DNA of 64,000 nt from NCBI GenBank assembly GCA_014686905.1, contig GCA_014686905.1_4093.1; one strand, given 5' to 3'. This document shows, piece after piece, positions 36,533 to 45,098 of the stretch. Source of the DNA: a phage. The number at the start of each line of letters is the position of its first letter. Position 1 is the stretch's first letter. A program made the translations under genes and the position numbers. Below the pieces are notes generated by a model. That model did not search any database. It was not told where the DNA came from and worked only from the letters and a program-made list of their open reading frames with translations.

Positions 36533-36790
36533 ATGGCTGTAGGATTTGCGAAGGACGGGGCCGAACAAGACGAGATTAACGCAGTGATTCAGGCCGCCGT
36601 AAACCACGCTAGAAAGCAAATTAACGCACAAATAGAATCACTGGTACATTGCCTCGACTGCGGCGATATAATCCCTGAGAAACGACGCCAGGCCGTTAAG
36701 GGATGTAAGTACTGCATAACTTGCCAGGAGGATCATGATAGTACTTTTAAACGTCCCCCGCGTAATTGTTGGCATAGATCTATGAGATAA
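36533..36790 (+). CDS. DksA/TraR-family C4 zinc-finger protein
   Basis: CLDCGDIIPEKRRQAVKGCKYCITC: two CxxC pairs with typical spacing, small size. Confidence 0.65.
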   Translation: MAVGFAKDGAEQDEINAVIQAAVNHARKQINAQIESLVHCLDCGDIIPEKRRQAVKGCKYCITCQEDHDSTFKRPPRNCWHRSMR

Positions 36791-36853
36791 AAAGTATTGA
36801 CAGTACTGAAAGATAGTGTATAATATTTTATATCTTAACTGAGGATTGAAATC

Positions 36854-37210
36854 ATGGGAATACAACATATCACGCGTACTACTGACAATGGCGAGATCAC
36901 TGGCTATCAAGTACAGGGCAAAGTAGCACAATTGCAGTACTGGTTTGTTAAACGTGGAATCATTGCACCGGATCTTGATTATGACCGTGTAGCGTTTATT
37001 GATTCTCTTTATGTTGATCCTGATAGTCGGGGCAATGGTGAAGGTAACGAATTAATGAATGCCTTTATTGATGCCGCCGATGATTCAGATTGTATCATTT
37101 TAGAATGCGATACAGGAGAAGATAACGCCTTCAATCTTAAAGAATGGTACGAAGGTTTCGGATTCGAGGTACTGATCGATAGTGAATATCCTATCATGAT
37201 TTTATCATAG
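36854..37210 (+). CDS. putative GNAT-type acetyltransferase-like protein
   Basis: LYVDPDSRGNGEGNELMNAF resembles the GNAT acetyl-CoA-binding loop; weak. Confidence 0.4.
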   Translation: MGIQHITRTTDNGEITGYQVQGKVAQLQYWFVKRGIIAPDLDYDRVAFIDSLYVDPDSRGNGEGNELMNAFIDAADDSDCIILECDTGEDNAFNLKEWYEGFGFEVLIDSEYPIMILS

Positions 37211-37288
37211 TACTTGCATTTAGTTTTCAGTACTGTTATAGTACTTACATCAAGGGGAAACATCTTCCCCTACTAAGAGGAAATAAAA

Positions 37289-37477
37289 ATGGAAAACTTA
37301 TCAAGTATTTTAGTACAAGATGATTTCGGTAATCCTGGAAGTGCTATCATTGTTCGGGGTAATAAAGCAACGTTTGTTATTGCTGGTGGACCTGTACAGC
37401 GTAGCATTAAAAATAATGCTGTTACCATTAATAATGTACGCTATCGCTTAGATAAAGAATTGATTCATAAACTTTAA
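37289..37477 (+). CDS. hypothetical early protein
   Basis: Promoter, leader hairpin GGGGAAACATCTTCCCC, SD AGAGGAAA. Confidence 0.55.
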   Translation: MENLSSILVQDDFGNPGSAIIVRGNKATFVIAGGPVQRSIKNNAVTINNVRYRLDKELIHKL

Positions 37478-37561
37478 AAAGTATTTGACAATAGATTATA
37501 GTACTGTATAATAAGTTACATGAAGGGGTGAAATGATTCTCCCCACTAAGAGGAAAGAAAA

Positions 37562-37774
37562 ATGCAAGGTCAACTAATCGTTCGTAAATGGTCTGATACT
37601 AACGAAAAACCGTGGGATGTACAATACATCGGACCGGATGGGGTATCACGTTATCAGCCTGGCGTAACGCATAGTACTGAGCAATTCGCAAACGCTCACC
37701 GCGAACGCCTGTTAGAATCCATGAAACAGGGATTCTGTGAAAAATTCATTCAAGATCATTGGCTGAAAGATTAA
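37562..37774 (+). CDS. hypothetical early protein
   Basis: TTGACA promoter, leader hairpin, SD AGAGGAAAG. Confidence 0.55.
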   Translation: MQGQLIVRKWSDTNEKPWDVQYIGPDGVSRYQPGVTHSTEQFANAHRERLLESMKQGFCEKFIQDHWLKD

Positions 37775-37791
37775 TATAAGGAGTACAGCTT

Positions 37792-37884
37792 ATGCAAATG
37801 AATCCGATGATTATTGTTTTAGCTGTACTTATGATCATTCATGCAATAGTAGAAGTATTAACGCAATCAGGAGTAATAAAATGA
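37792..37884 (+). CDS. tiny membrane peptide (30 aa)
   Basis: SD AAGGAG; single hydrophobic helix. Confidence 0.35.
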   Translation: MQMNPMIIVLAVLMIIHAIVEVLTQSGVIK

Positions 37885-38054
37885 TTCAAGTAGAATTATC
37901 AGTACTGAAAGATCTGTTTTATCGGTTAGGTACTACTGGCGAGTATCCTAAAAGTGATACCGCAAAACTTTTTGTATCACTCGACTTATGGCAACGCGAA
38001 CAATTAGTAATGTCCTGGCGTAAAGGTAAAGCAGATAGCGAGGTGAAAGCATGA
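37881..38054 (+). CDS. hypothetical small protein (57 aa)
   Basis: ATGA overlap with upstream peptide. Confidence 0.45.
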   Translation: MIQVELSVLKDLFYRLGTTGEYPKSDTAKLFVSLDLWQREQLVMSWRKGKADSEVKA

Positions 38055-38200
38055 AAGAATTCTTATTCGAAGTAGTGTTTCAAGGTGTCGGTAGTAACCA
38101 ACTGATTCGCTCAAGTGGTTACAATGTTAACCAGGCATGGAATAACATTAAACAAATGTACCCGAACGCTATCACCTATCGCAACCCGAAACAAGTTTAA
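38051..38200 (+). CDS. hypothetical small protein (49 aa)
   Basis: ATGA overlap; followed by composite terminator element. Confidence 0.45.
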   Translation: MKEFLFEVVFQGVGSNQLIRSSGYNVNQAWNNIKQMYPNAITYRNPKQV

Positions 38201-38210
38201 AAATAATTGA

Positions 38211-38250
38211 AAAAGGGATTGACTCCGGTCAGTCCCTTTGCTATTATATA
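38211..38250 (+). terminator. composite hairpin terminator plus promoter (GGGATTGAC-TCCG-GTCAGTCCC, TATTAT)
   Basis: Same architecture as 1157-1204. Confidence 0.55.
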
Positions 38251-38372
38251 CGCATAGAAACAAATCAGCCCACAGGGTGCATAAATGTATCTATTGTTTG
38301 CTGGTGGCTAGTACTGAAAACTATTTTTAAAAAAGTACTTGCATTGTACTTAGAATCAAGTATAATGTTTTA

Positions 38373-38450
38373 CATCAGGACGGGGAACGAAACAAGTAAC
38401 CCCGTTAAGTAGTCCAGGAGTAAGACATAAGAAAACCTCCCCTGATAAAA
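38373..38450 (+). ncRNA. candidate small structured RNA / leader element between tandem promoters (copy 2)
   Basis: Near-identical to 29019-29096; bracketed by two promoters. Confidence 0.3.
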
Positions 38451-38515
38451 TAGTTTGACAATAGAAAGTAAACGAGTATAATACTTACATCAACCACTGA
38501 TAAGGAAACATTAAA

Positions 38516-38791
38516 ATGCGGATTCTACTGACAGCTAACGAAATCGAACAAGTACTGACTACTAACCTGGAAGACTGGAAACGTGAAGCAGATATCCAGG
38601 CGGTTCAACGGCTTAACGATGAGTTAACGCCGGATGACTTAAGCAAGATTGTAGATCCTCAATTCTACGAAGATATCCACGACACCGCGTTAAGCGTCGA
38701 GGATGTACTAGATAAGCACTACATTGATATTGATTTGCAGGTTTACGGTCGTAAAAACTTTATCACTATTCACGACATTTACAATAATTAA
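38516..38791 (+). CDS. hypothetical acidic protein
   Basis: SD AAGGAAAC; 91-aa ORF. Confidence 0.6.
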   Translation: MRILLTANEIEQVLTTNLEDWKREADIQAVQRLNDELTPDDLSKIVDPQFYEDIHDTALSVEDVLDKHYIDIDLQVYGRKNFITIHDIYNN

Positions 38792-38877
38792 GTATTGACA
38801 AAGTATCTTAGTACTGTATAATAGTTTACATCGAGAGGGGGAATGGTTCCCCTCCTAACAAAGAGAGAGAAATAAAA

Positions 38878-39060
38878 ATGGCTAAATGCACTATCTGTAA
38901 GAAAGAAATCGTATTAGTTCCAAGTGCCCGTGAACGTGCCGCTCGGTTCGGTGGCAAACCGTCAGACTATACAAAAATGTTTACTGTCCATGCAGCTTGC
39001 CAGGTAGCAAAACGTTCACAAGAAAGCGTAGAATTAATGCGTAAACTTTCCAAAAAATAA
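38878..39060 (+). CDS. hypothetical small basic protein
   Basis: TTGACA promoter, leader hairpin GAGGGGGAATGGTTCCCCTCC, SD AGAGAGAGA. Confidence 0.55.
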   Translation: MAKCTICKKEIVLVPSARERAARFGGKPSDYTKMFTVHAACQVAKRSQESVELMRKLSKK

Positions 39061-39148
39061 GTATTGACAAAGTATCTTAGTACTGTATAATAGTTTACAT
39101 CAAGTGAGGGGAAACGGTTCCCCTCCTAACAAAGAGAGAGAAATAAAA

Positions 39149-39472
39149 ATGGCTATGATCCTTGCCCAGAAAGTAGAACTGAAAATTGTAACCTCCTTTG
39201 ACATTAAAGTTAATCGGTGGACTGATTCACACGGCAATACTTACCACTCTTGCTACGTGTCTGCGTTAATTGGTGATCGTTGGGAAGACCTGGGACATGA
39301 AACCTTTACATACGGTTACGGCACACAAGGCGAATACACGGGCTTGGAGATCATTAAAGAAACCGTTATAGGTTTCAACCCGAAAGAAAAAGTTATTCAC
39401 CGCATCGAAAAAGAGATTAACAAAGAAATAACAGTTCGATACAACGATGTAAAACGTAAGAAAGACATGTAA
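39149..39472 (+). CDS. hypothetical protein; paralog of 32748-33071
   Basis: Start moved to MAMILAQK; shared RWTDSHGNTYHSC...TFTYGY...VKRKKD; promoter plus leader duplicated from the 38878 unit. Confidence 0.65.
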   Translation: MAMILAQKVELKIVTSFDIKVNRWTDSHGNTYHSCYVSALIGDRWEDLGHETFTYGYGTQGEYTGLEIIKETVIGFNPKEKVIHRIEKEINKEITVRYNDVKRKKDM

Positions 39473-39567
39473 TAGAATCCATTTAAAGTACTATTTGACA
39501 TTGCCCAGATAGTACTTTATAATAGACTCTAACTTGTAGTACTAACTCAACTAATAGGATGTATACC

Positions 39568-39963
39568 ATGATTACTAAATTCTACGCTACCCGTGAAGCT
39601 GCCCGTATTGTTGCACGCGAGGAAGGAGCAGCATTTAAAGACATGGGCAAAGATGCACCGAAAGGTCAACGCTGGGCCGTACAGTTCAAAGAAATCTCTG
39701 ATATCGTGAATTCACCGGAGCCAGTACTAACAGCAGCAGAACTAAAACGAGCGGATTTACTGGCGGCAGTACTTAACGCACAAGATGAATTTATCGCTGA
39801 TTCTGATATCAAAGTACAGACAAACCATACCGCTTGGACTCACGCGGATCACCTGGCAAACCTTAAGCGTCCAAGTGAACTGGTACGCAACCAGAAAGAG
39901 ATCCGACACGACCGTAAGGGTAATCGTGTAACAGTATACAGTAAACGCCGCCAGGTTATCTAA
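39568..39963 (+). CDS. hypothetical protein; paralog of 28151-28417
   Basis: MITKFYATREAARIV...DRKGNRVTVYSKRR. Confidence 0.6.
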   Translation: MITKFYATREAARIVAREEGAAFKDMGKDAPKGQRWAVQFKEISDIVNSPEPVLTAAELKRADLLAAVLNAQDEFIADSDIKVQTNHTAWTHADHLANLKRPSELVRNQKEIRHDRKGNRVTVYSKRRQVI

Positions 39964-39985
39964 TAACTTGCAGTACTAACAACAC

Positions 39986-40010
39986 GGCGGGATCAGTTCC
40001 CGCCTTTTTT
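39986..40010 (+). terminator. intrinsic terminator
   Basis: GGCGGGA-TCAGT-TCCCGCC followed by TTTTTT. Confidence 0.7.
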
Positions 40011-40025
40011 ATAGGATAAACTAAA

Positions 40026-40280
40026 ATGATTAAGGTACAACTATCTAAAGATAATATCTTGCGGGTACACTATAAAGCACCACAGAGAATCATCACAAAG
40101 GCCGTACAGCTTGCTAATGAGTTTATTAATGGTAACCTATTACCAAGGAAGTTAAGCAACGGAAAACTGCGTGTAATCGATGTAGACACTAACAACAGAA
40201 TAGTAATAGAGAACACAGGAAAGATAAACCTTTATGAACATCAACAATATAATAAGAAAATAAAACTAATATCACGTTGA
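40026..40280 (+). CDS. hypothetical protein
   Basis: 84-aa ORF; SD-like AGGATAAAC. Confidence 0.5.
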   Translation: MIKVQLSKDNILRVHYKAPQRIITKAVQLANEFINGNLLPRKLSNGKLRVIDVDTNNRIVIENTGKINLYEHQQYNKKIKLISR

Positions 40281-40333
40281 CAGTACTCAATTGTTTTAGT
40301 ATTATGTACACATACCAACACGGGAGAAACAAA

Positions 40334-40552
40334 ATGAAATTATCTAAAATCGAAAAGAAAACTATTGATGAAGCAGTTAAGCACGGTTATACCTTTCGTA
40401 ATGATTCACATTTTACCAATTTTCAACAAGGCCAAAGGACTATTAAAAAACTAATTGACAAAGGTTTATTAGTTAAAGTAGATAACGGTAACGGCATTGA
40501 GTATCAGCCAACCCAAGACGCATTATCTTTAAAGAAATATGCAATTATCTAA
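40334..40552 (+). CDS. hypothetical protein
   Basis: Start moved to MKLSKIEKK after SD GGGAGAAAC; promoter TTGACAGTACTCAATTGTTTTAGTATTATGTACA duplicated before next gene. Confidence 0.5.
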   Translation: MKLSKIEKKTIDEAVKHGYTFRNDSHFTNFQQGQRTIKKLIDKGLLVKVDNGNGIEYQPTQDALSLKKYAII

Positions 40553-40609
40553 TTGACAGTACTCAAATGTTTTAGTACTATATGTACATACCAACACGGG
40601 GGAAACAAA

Positions 40610-40852
40610 ATGATTACTTTAGAAAAACGTATCAAAGAAACTACATCGCTGGTGGAACTGTTAACAGTACTGAAATGTAAAACAACACCATTCAGCACGC
40701 CGGACTTTATTAATATGGTTGATGTTAATGGTCGCTATCGTATCACGGTCGAACAAGGAGCGGCGAAAGTATTCAGTACTAAAAACACTAAGGAAGTGAT
40801 CCACGCCGTTAATGTTAAAAAAGTAGTTGCAATTGATAGTAAAGTACTGTAA
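40610..40852 (+). CDS. hypothetical protein
   Basis: Start moved to MITLEKRIKE after SD GGGGGAAAC; duplicated promoter block. Confidence 0.5.
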   Translation: MITLEKRIKETTSLVELLTVLKCKTTPFSTPDFINMVDVNGRYRITVEQGAAKVFSTKNTKEVIHAVNVKKVVAIDSKVL

Positions 40853-40883
40853 TATAGTTTCATTAACTCAAGGAGAACATGCA

Positions 40884-41468
40884 ATGCGTAATTATACTAA
40901 ATTCATCCGTACCCTGTCAGAAATGGAAACTAACAAAGAGATCCTTTCAGCTTGTCGGTTAGCTGGACTGGAGATCATCGGGGCGGGATCTTCCCGTATA
41001 GTTTTCGCTTTAAATGATCGGTTAGTGATTAAGGTCGCCAATTGTGATGCGGGTGTAGAACAAAATGAAACTGAATGTAAGGTATGGAATTTTTTAGACT
41101 ATGACCGCCCTCAATTGAAACAGTACTTTGCTAAAGTGCATATGCATTTAAGCGATCCTGATAATATGTTTATCGTTATGGATCGGTTGAGTACTGCAAG
41201 CAAAGGCAGTGTAAAGCACGTTAACGCGTGCAACGAATTAAAGTACAATATTAAACGTAATGCAATTGAACGCCAGCACCGCTTTGCTGATGCACTACAA
41301 CACGTTGATGATACACTGTCAACACTAACGATAAGAGATATCAGAAAACAGAATATCGGCCAGGATCGCAACGGCCTTATTAAAGTACTTGATTACGGTT
41401 TAACCCGCAATATCTGGAATCAGTACTATAAAAAGCGGGATGTAAAAGCCGTAACTATAACACGATAA
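40884..41468 (+). CDS. minimal protein-kinase-like protein
   Basis: Gly-rich loop IIGAGSSRIVF, VIKVA (VAIK-like Lys), catalytic-loop-like RDIRKQN, DFG-like DYG, in kinase order. Confidence 0.55.
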   Translation: MRNYTKFIRTLSEMETNKEILSACRLAGLEIIGAGSSRIVFALNDRLVIKVANCDAGVEQNETECKVWNFLDYDRPQLKQYFAKVHMHLSDPDNMFIVMDRLSTASKGSVKHVNACNELKYNIKRNAIERQHRFADALQHVDDTLSTLTIRDIRKQNIGQDRNGLIKVLDYGLTRNIWNQYYKKRDVKAVTITR

Positions 41469-41479
41469 AAAAGATTAAA

Positions 41480-41517
41480 AAAGGGATTGACTTCGGTCAG
41501 TCCCTTTGCTATTATAT
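41480..41517 (+). terminator. composite hairpin terminator plus promoter
   Basis: GGGATTGAC-TTCG-GTCAGTCCC, TTTGC, TATTAT. Confidence 0.55.
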
Positions 41518-41691
41518 ATTCATTGAGAGATAGCTCACTGACCCACAGGGTGCATAAATGTATCTATTATATAAGTATTCAGTACTGAAAACTATTTTTA
41601 AAAAAGTACTTGCATTGTACTTAGAATCAAGTATAATGTTTTATATCGAGAGGGGGAAATGGTTCTCCCTCAAAGAATAAGGAATAAAATC

Positions 41692-41913
41692 ATGACTACA
41701 ATGACTTGCATTTACGCTTCCAATCTTCTGAATGATGCGGCCTTTAATGTTGATTCAGAATATCAATGTTATCGGGATGAAAATAAAAAAGTTTTTGTAG
41801 TTGATAATAATGGTTTCCATATTGAATTACAATCCGGTTTCACTGGTGTTGATGGTAAATCAGTATGGGGCGTACAGGATGATAACGGTACATATCATTT
41901 TAAACGTAATTAA
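41692..41913 (+). CDS. hypothetical early protein
   Basis: Start moved to MTTMTCIYAS after SD AAGGAA; leader hairpin AGGGGGAAATGGTTCTCCCT. Confidence 0.55.
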   Translation: MTTMTCIYASNLLNDAAFNVDSEYQCYRDENKKVFVVDNNGFHIELQSGFTGVDGKSVWGVQDDNGTYHFKRN

Positions 41914-41997
41914 GTATTGACAAAGTATCTTAGTACTGTATAATAGTTTACATCAAGGGGAGAATAGTTCTCCCCGATACTAAAAGGAAACAAAATT

Positions 41998-42270
41998 ATG
42001 TCCAGCTACTCCGCTACTATGATCATTAAAGATATGAACGGTAATCCTACTTCTGCTGGTGGATCATTTGGAAACATTAATTTAGATGGTCGGTTATCCA
42101 TGCAATCAGCCATCGATGCAGCGAAAGAAGTTTTTAAGAATGAATGTACTGTTAGTAAGCTGGATTATATGGGATTCGCTATCGAGAAAACTAATCGTTT
42201 TGTGAACTACAAAAATCCACTGATGATTGATACTAACCTGAAAGCTAACGAAGTGGGGTACTTATTATGA
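41998..42270 (+). CDS. hypothetical early protein
   Basis: TTGACA promoter, leader hairpin GGGGAGAATAGTTCTCCCC, SD AAGGAAAC. Confidence 0.6.
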   Translation: MSSYSATMIIKDMNGNPTSAGGSFGNINLDGRLSMQSAIDAAKEVFKNECTVSKLDYMGFAIEKTNRFVNYKNPLMIDTNLKANEVGYLL

Positions 42271-42458
42271 CAGTAGAAGAAGTTAAAAAAGTACTGGCAG
42301 TACTACGCTATCATAATCATTGCAAGGTGAAGAATGATCCTGATTATGTTGATTCATCCCTGGAGGAAGACACATTAAACGCAATAAGCCATATGCAAAC
42401 ATTAGCAAAGCGTATGACCGAAAAGAATAGACCGGACTATATCGGAAATAAAATTTAA
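42267..42458 (+). CDS. hypothetical small protein
   Basis: ATGA overlap with upstream gene. Confidence 0.5.
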   Translation: MTVEEVKKVLAVLRYHNHCKVKNDPDYVDSSLEEDTLNAISHMQTLAKRMTEKNRPDYIGNKI

Positions 42459-42544
42459 AAAGTACTTGCATTGTAGTTAGATTAACGTATAATGTTTTAC
42501 ATAGAGCGGGGGAATAGTTCTCCCGCCAGTCCAGGAGATACACC

Positions 42545-42808
42545 ATGAACACTATCGAAATCACTATCAATGCACACGTATACGACAACGTAGTACTGCA
42601 AACTACTATGACCGCTAATGATACCAGTACTTTGCGGAATACTGTTATTAGTGCCGTATGTGCCGCTATCGGTGATGTCGCCCTGGAAAATGCAGAACAC
42701 ATCAACGACGGTTTCACTATGTGCAAACGTGATAACGCAAAACATATCATCGTAGAAGGTTACGGCGGTGTAGAATATAATCTTTATATGAAAAAAGTAC
42801 TTGCATAA
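42545..42808 (+). CDS. hypothetical early protein
   Basis: Promoter, leader hairpin GCGGGGGAATAGTTCTCCCGCC, SD AGGAGA. Confidence 0.6.
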   Translation: MNTIEITINAHVYDNVVLQTTMTANDTSTLRNTVISAVCAAIGDVALENAEHINDGFTMCKRDNAKHIIVEGYGGVEYNLYMKKVLA

Positions 42809-42875
42809 TAACTAAAACAAAGTATAATGTTTTGCATAGGGGGAGATATCCTCCCCCACTAAAAGGAGTAATAAA

Positions 42876-43100
42876 ATGGCTAACTTTGATGAACTGATGC
42901 GGGAAGTAGCTAACCTGGCAGAAGAGAAAAAATCATTCGATTCTATCTATAACACCGCTCACCGTGATTCAGTACTGGCATGTACTCAGGATCAAAAAGA
43001 TGAACTAATCGCCACATATCATGAAGCATGGAAGTACTACCGCCAATGGGAGAAAGAAGAAAGCGAGTCTACCATCAACGGCATCAATAATCTAATCTAA
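42876..43100 (+). CDS. hypothetical early protein
   Basis: Promoter, leader hairpin GGGGGAGATATCCTCCCCC, SD AAGGAG. Confidence 0.6.
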   Translation: MANFDELMREVANLAEEKKSFDSIYNTAHRDSVLACTQDQKDELIATYHEAWKYYRQWEKEESESTINGINNLI

Positions 43101-43113
43101 AAGTTTTATTTCA

Positions 43114-43150
43114 GTACTATTGACATAGCTTGATAGTACTGATGTAATAA
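43114..43150 (+). promoter_or_regulatory. promoter module class 2 with flanking inverted repeat, copy 3 of 3
   Basis: AGTACTATTGACATAGCTTGATAGTACTGATGTAATAAC. Confidence 0.55.
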
Positions 43151-43176
43151 CTTTACTAACTACAAGGGGAAACATA

Positions 43177-43434
43177 ATGGAACAGTTCACACAATATCGG
43201 GTAAATCCTCAAGCTATGGCCTACGTAGAAGACCATAAAACGTTACCAGTACTAACACCAATTAAAGGCCATATCTATCGTGCAATGTCATGGAATACGG
43301 CCCAGGATGGATATACTACCGCTGGCGTGGGTATGTATTGCGGGAATGGTGAATGGTTTGATCCAAATAATCCGGTAGCCATTGACAGTACTGAAAAAAT
43401 GAAATGGGCCGACTACATCGAAGATATTTCATAA
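43177..43434 (+). CDS. hypothetical early protein
   Basis: SD AAGGGGAAAC; 85-aa ORF. Confidence 0.55.
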   Translation: MEQFTQYRVNPQAMAYVEDHKTLPVLTPIKGHIYRAMSWNTAQDGYTTAGVGMYCGNGEWFDPNNPVAIDSTEKMKWADYIEDIS

Positions 43435-43523
43435 AACTATTTGACAGTACTAACCAGTAATGTATAATGTTTTACATAGAGCGGGGGAATAGTTCTCCCG
43501 CCAATAGTTTGGAGTAAAACATT

Positions 43524-43724
43524 ATGTCTATCGCTATCGCCCTGGTTGAAGTACTGAAAGAAGCTAAAGCCAACCTTATCGATGTACAGATTAAGGAATT
43601 GCAAAATGGTTTAATCGGCTGTACTTGTACCGCTGGTGGAGCGGCAGACTATCGGGAATTCGAATCACTTGAATCGATGGTCCGTTATCTTACCATGATC
43701 GTAGAAGATTGGAGAATCATCTAA
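43524..43724 (+). CDS. hypothetical small protein
   Basis: Promoter, leader hairpin, SD GGAG. Confidence 0.55.
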   Translation: MSIAIALVEVLKEAKANLIDVQIKELQNGLIGCTCTAGGAADYREFESLESMVRYLTMIVEDWRII

Positions 43725-43737
43725 CAAAAAAGAATAA

Positions 43738-43777
43738 AAAAAGGGATTGACTCCGGTCAGTCCCTTTGCTATTATAT
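43738..43777 (+). terminator. composite hairpin terminator plus promoter
   Basis: GGGATTGAC-TCCG-GTCAGTCCC, TTTGC, TATTAT. Confidence 0.55.
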
Positions 43778-43969
43778 ACGCATAGACAAAAACTAGCCCA
43801 CTGGGTGCAGGAGTGTATCTAAAATATATAGTTAATAACGGTGAGTAACTATCTGCTGGTGGGGTGAAAACTATTAATAAAAAAGTATTGACAAAGTATA
43901 TCAGTACTGCAATAATGTATCTCGTAGGGCGGCAATGGTGCGACGGCCCACAAAGTTAGGAGATTCAAA

Positions 43970-44302
43970 ATGAGTACTTCAATCGCTATCGTTAAAGCTT
44001 TCATCCGTACCAATGTTTCATCTGTATTCATCGACGGTCTGGATCGGGAAGTAGAATACTCAATCATTATCGCACAGACTGCAAACGGTGCTCGGTATAT
44101 CCTTAATGATAGTGAAGCAAATCACTACTACTTCACTAAAGCCACTGGCTTTAAACGCATCGATGCTGATGTAGTATACGCTAAGATGAATAAGCTGGTA
44201 GACAAGATTAACGCGAAAGGTACTATCGATTTACAGTACTGGAACGAAACCTATCCAGAATATGGATCTCACCGTTACCTGAATCCAGGTATTAAAATGT
44301 AA
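43970..44302 (+). CDS. hypothetical early protein
   Basis: TTGACA promoter; SD AGGAGA. Confidence 0.6.
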   Translation: MSTSIAIVKAFIRTNVSSVFIDGLDREVEYSIIIAQTANGARYILNDSEANHYYFTKATGFKRIDADVVYAKMNKLVDKINAKGTIDLQYWNETYPEYGSHRYLNPGIKM

Positions 44303-44391
44303 AAAGTACTTGCATAGTACTTAGAATCAAGTATAATGTTTTACATAGAGAGGGGGAAATGGTTCTCCCTCCTAAATTAAGGAGTTTTATC

Positions 44392-44793
44392 ATGACCTTC
44401 TCAATCAATTCCTTCGCTGACGTTTTAGTACTGGCTCGGACTTTTGGTAAAGATGCACTGGAGTACGCTGTAAGTAATGGTACTATCCAACCGGAACAGT
44501 GCCGCATCATTGGAAACTGCAAACGTTGGGCGGTATCCAATACTATTGCACTGGAAAACTTCCACGATGGCAACAATGAATATTCTGTTGATGTAGTATT
44601 CGAAGCCGTTGATCTCGGCGGTATCTATAATACTAACCTGAATGATGTGCGTATCGTTCGCACGGGGTTCGGTGCTTATGATGTATCTATCCGTGAAGCT
44701 ATGGACACCGGATACATTAGCAAGGACTTACTTGCTCACATCATGCAGCTGTGTACGGAACGTAACGAAGCACGCACTATCTTAGGACTGTAA
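44392..44793 (+). CDS. hypothetical early protein
   Basis: Start moved to MTFSINSFADV after SD AAGGAG; promoter and leader hairpin duplicated from the 41692 unit. Confidence 0.6.
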   Translation: MTFSINSFADVLVLARTFGKDALEYAVSNGTIQPEQCRIIGNCKRWAVSNTIALENFHDGNNEYSVDVVFEAVDLGGIYNTNLNDVRIVRTGFGAYDVSIREAMDTGYISKDLLAHIMQLCTERNEARTILGL

Positions 44794-44817
44794 GCGTTAC
44801 ACATCACCAAACATCAT

Positions 44818-44840
44818 AGGCCGCCTTGTAGCGGCCTTAA
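44818..44840 (+). terminator. terminator-like hairpin
   Basis: AGGCCGC-CTTGTA-GCGGCCT; no clear T tract. Confidence 0.4.
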
Positions 44841-44861
44841 CTATATCAGGAGTACATACAC

Positions 44862-45071
44862 ATGATCTATACAGTATACAGCGTTCTAGGCACTATTGCA
44901 GGCGTACATGATAACGTCGATAGTGCTATGCGTACAGTACTGCAACAGGTTCCACTAAAGCCTAAGACCATTAAGCAGATGACAGCACGACTAACCAGGG
45001 CGACCGATGGCGTGGAAGTATGGCAGGACTACGGGGATACACAGATAATCGTTAGCGTAACGAAGGATTAA
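44862..45071 (+). CDS. hypothetical small protein
   Basis: SD AGGAG upstream; 69-aa ORF. Confidence 0.5.
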   Translation: MIYTVYSVLGTIAGVHDNVDSAMRTVLQQVPLKPKTIKQMTARLTRATDGVEVWQDYGDTQIIVSVTKD

Positions 45072-45098
45072 TGCGTAAAGGGATCTAGTACTGATTCA

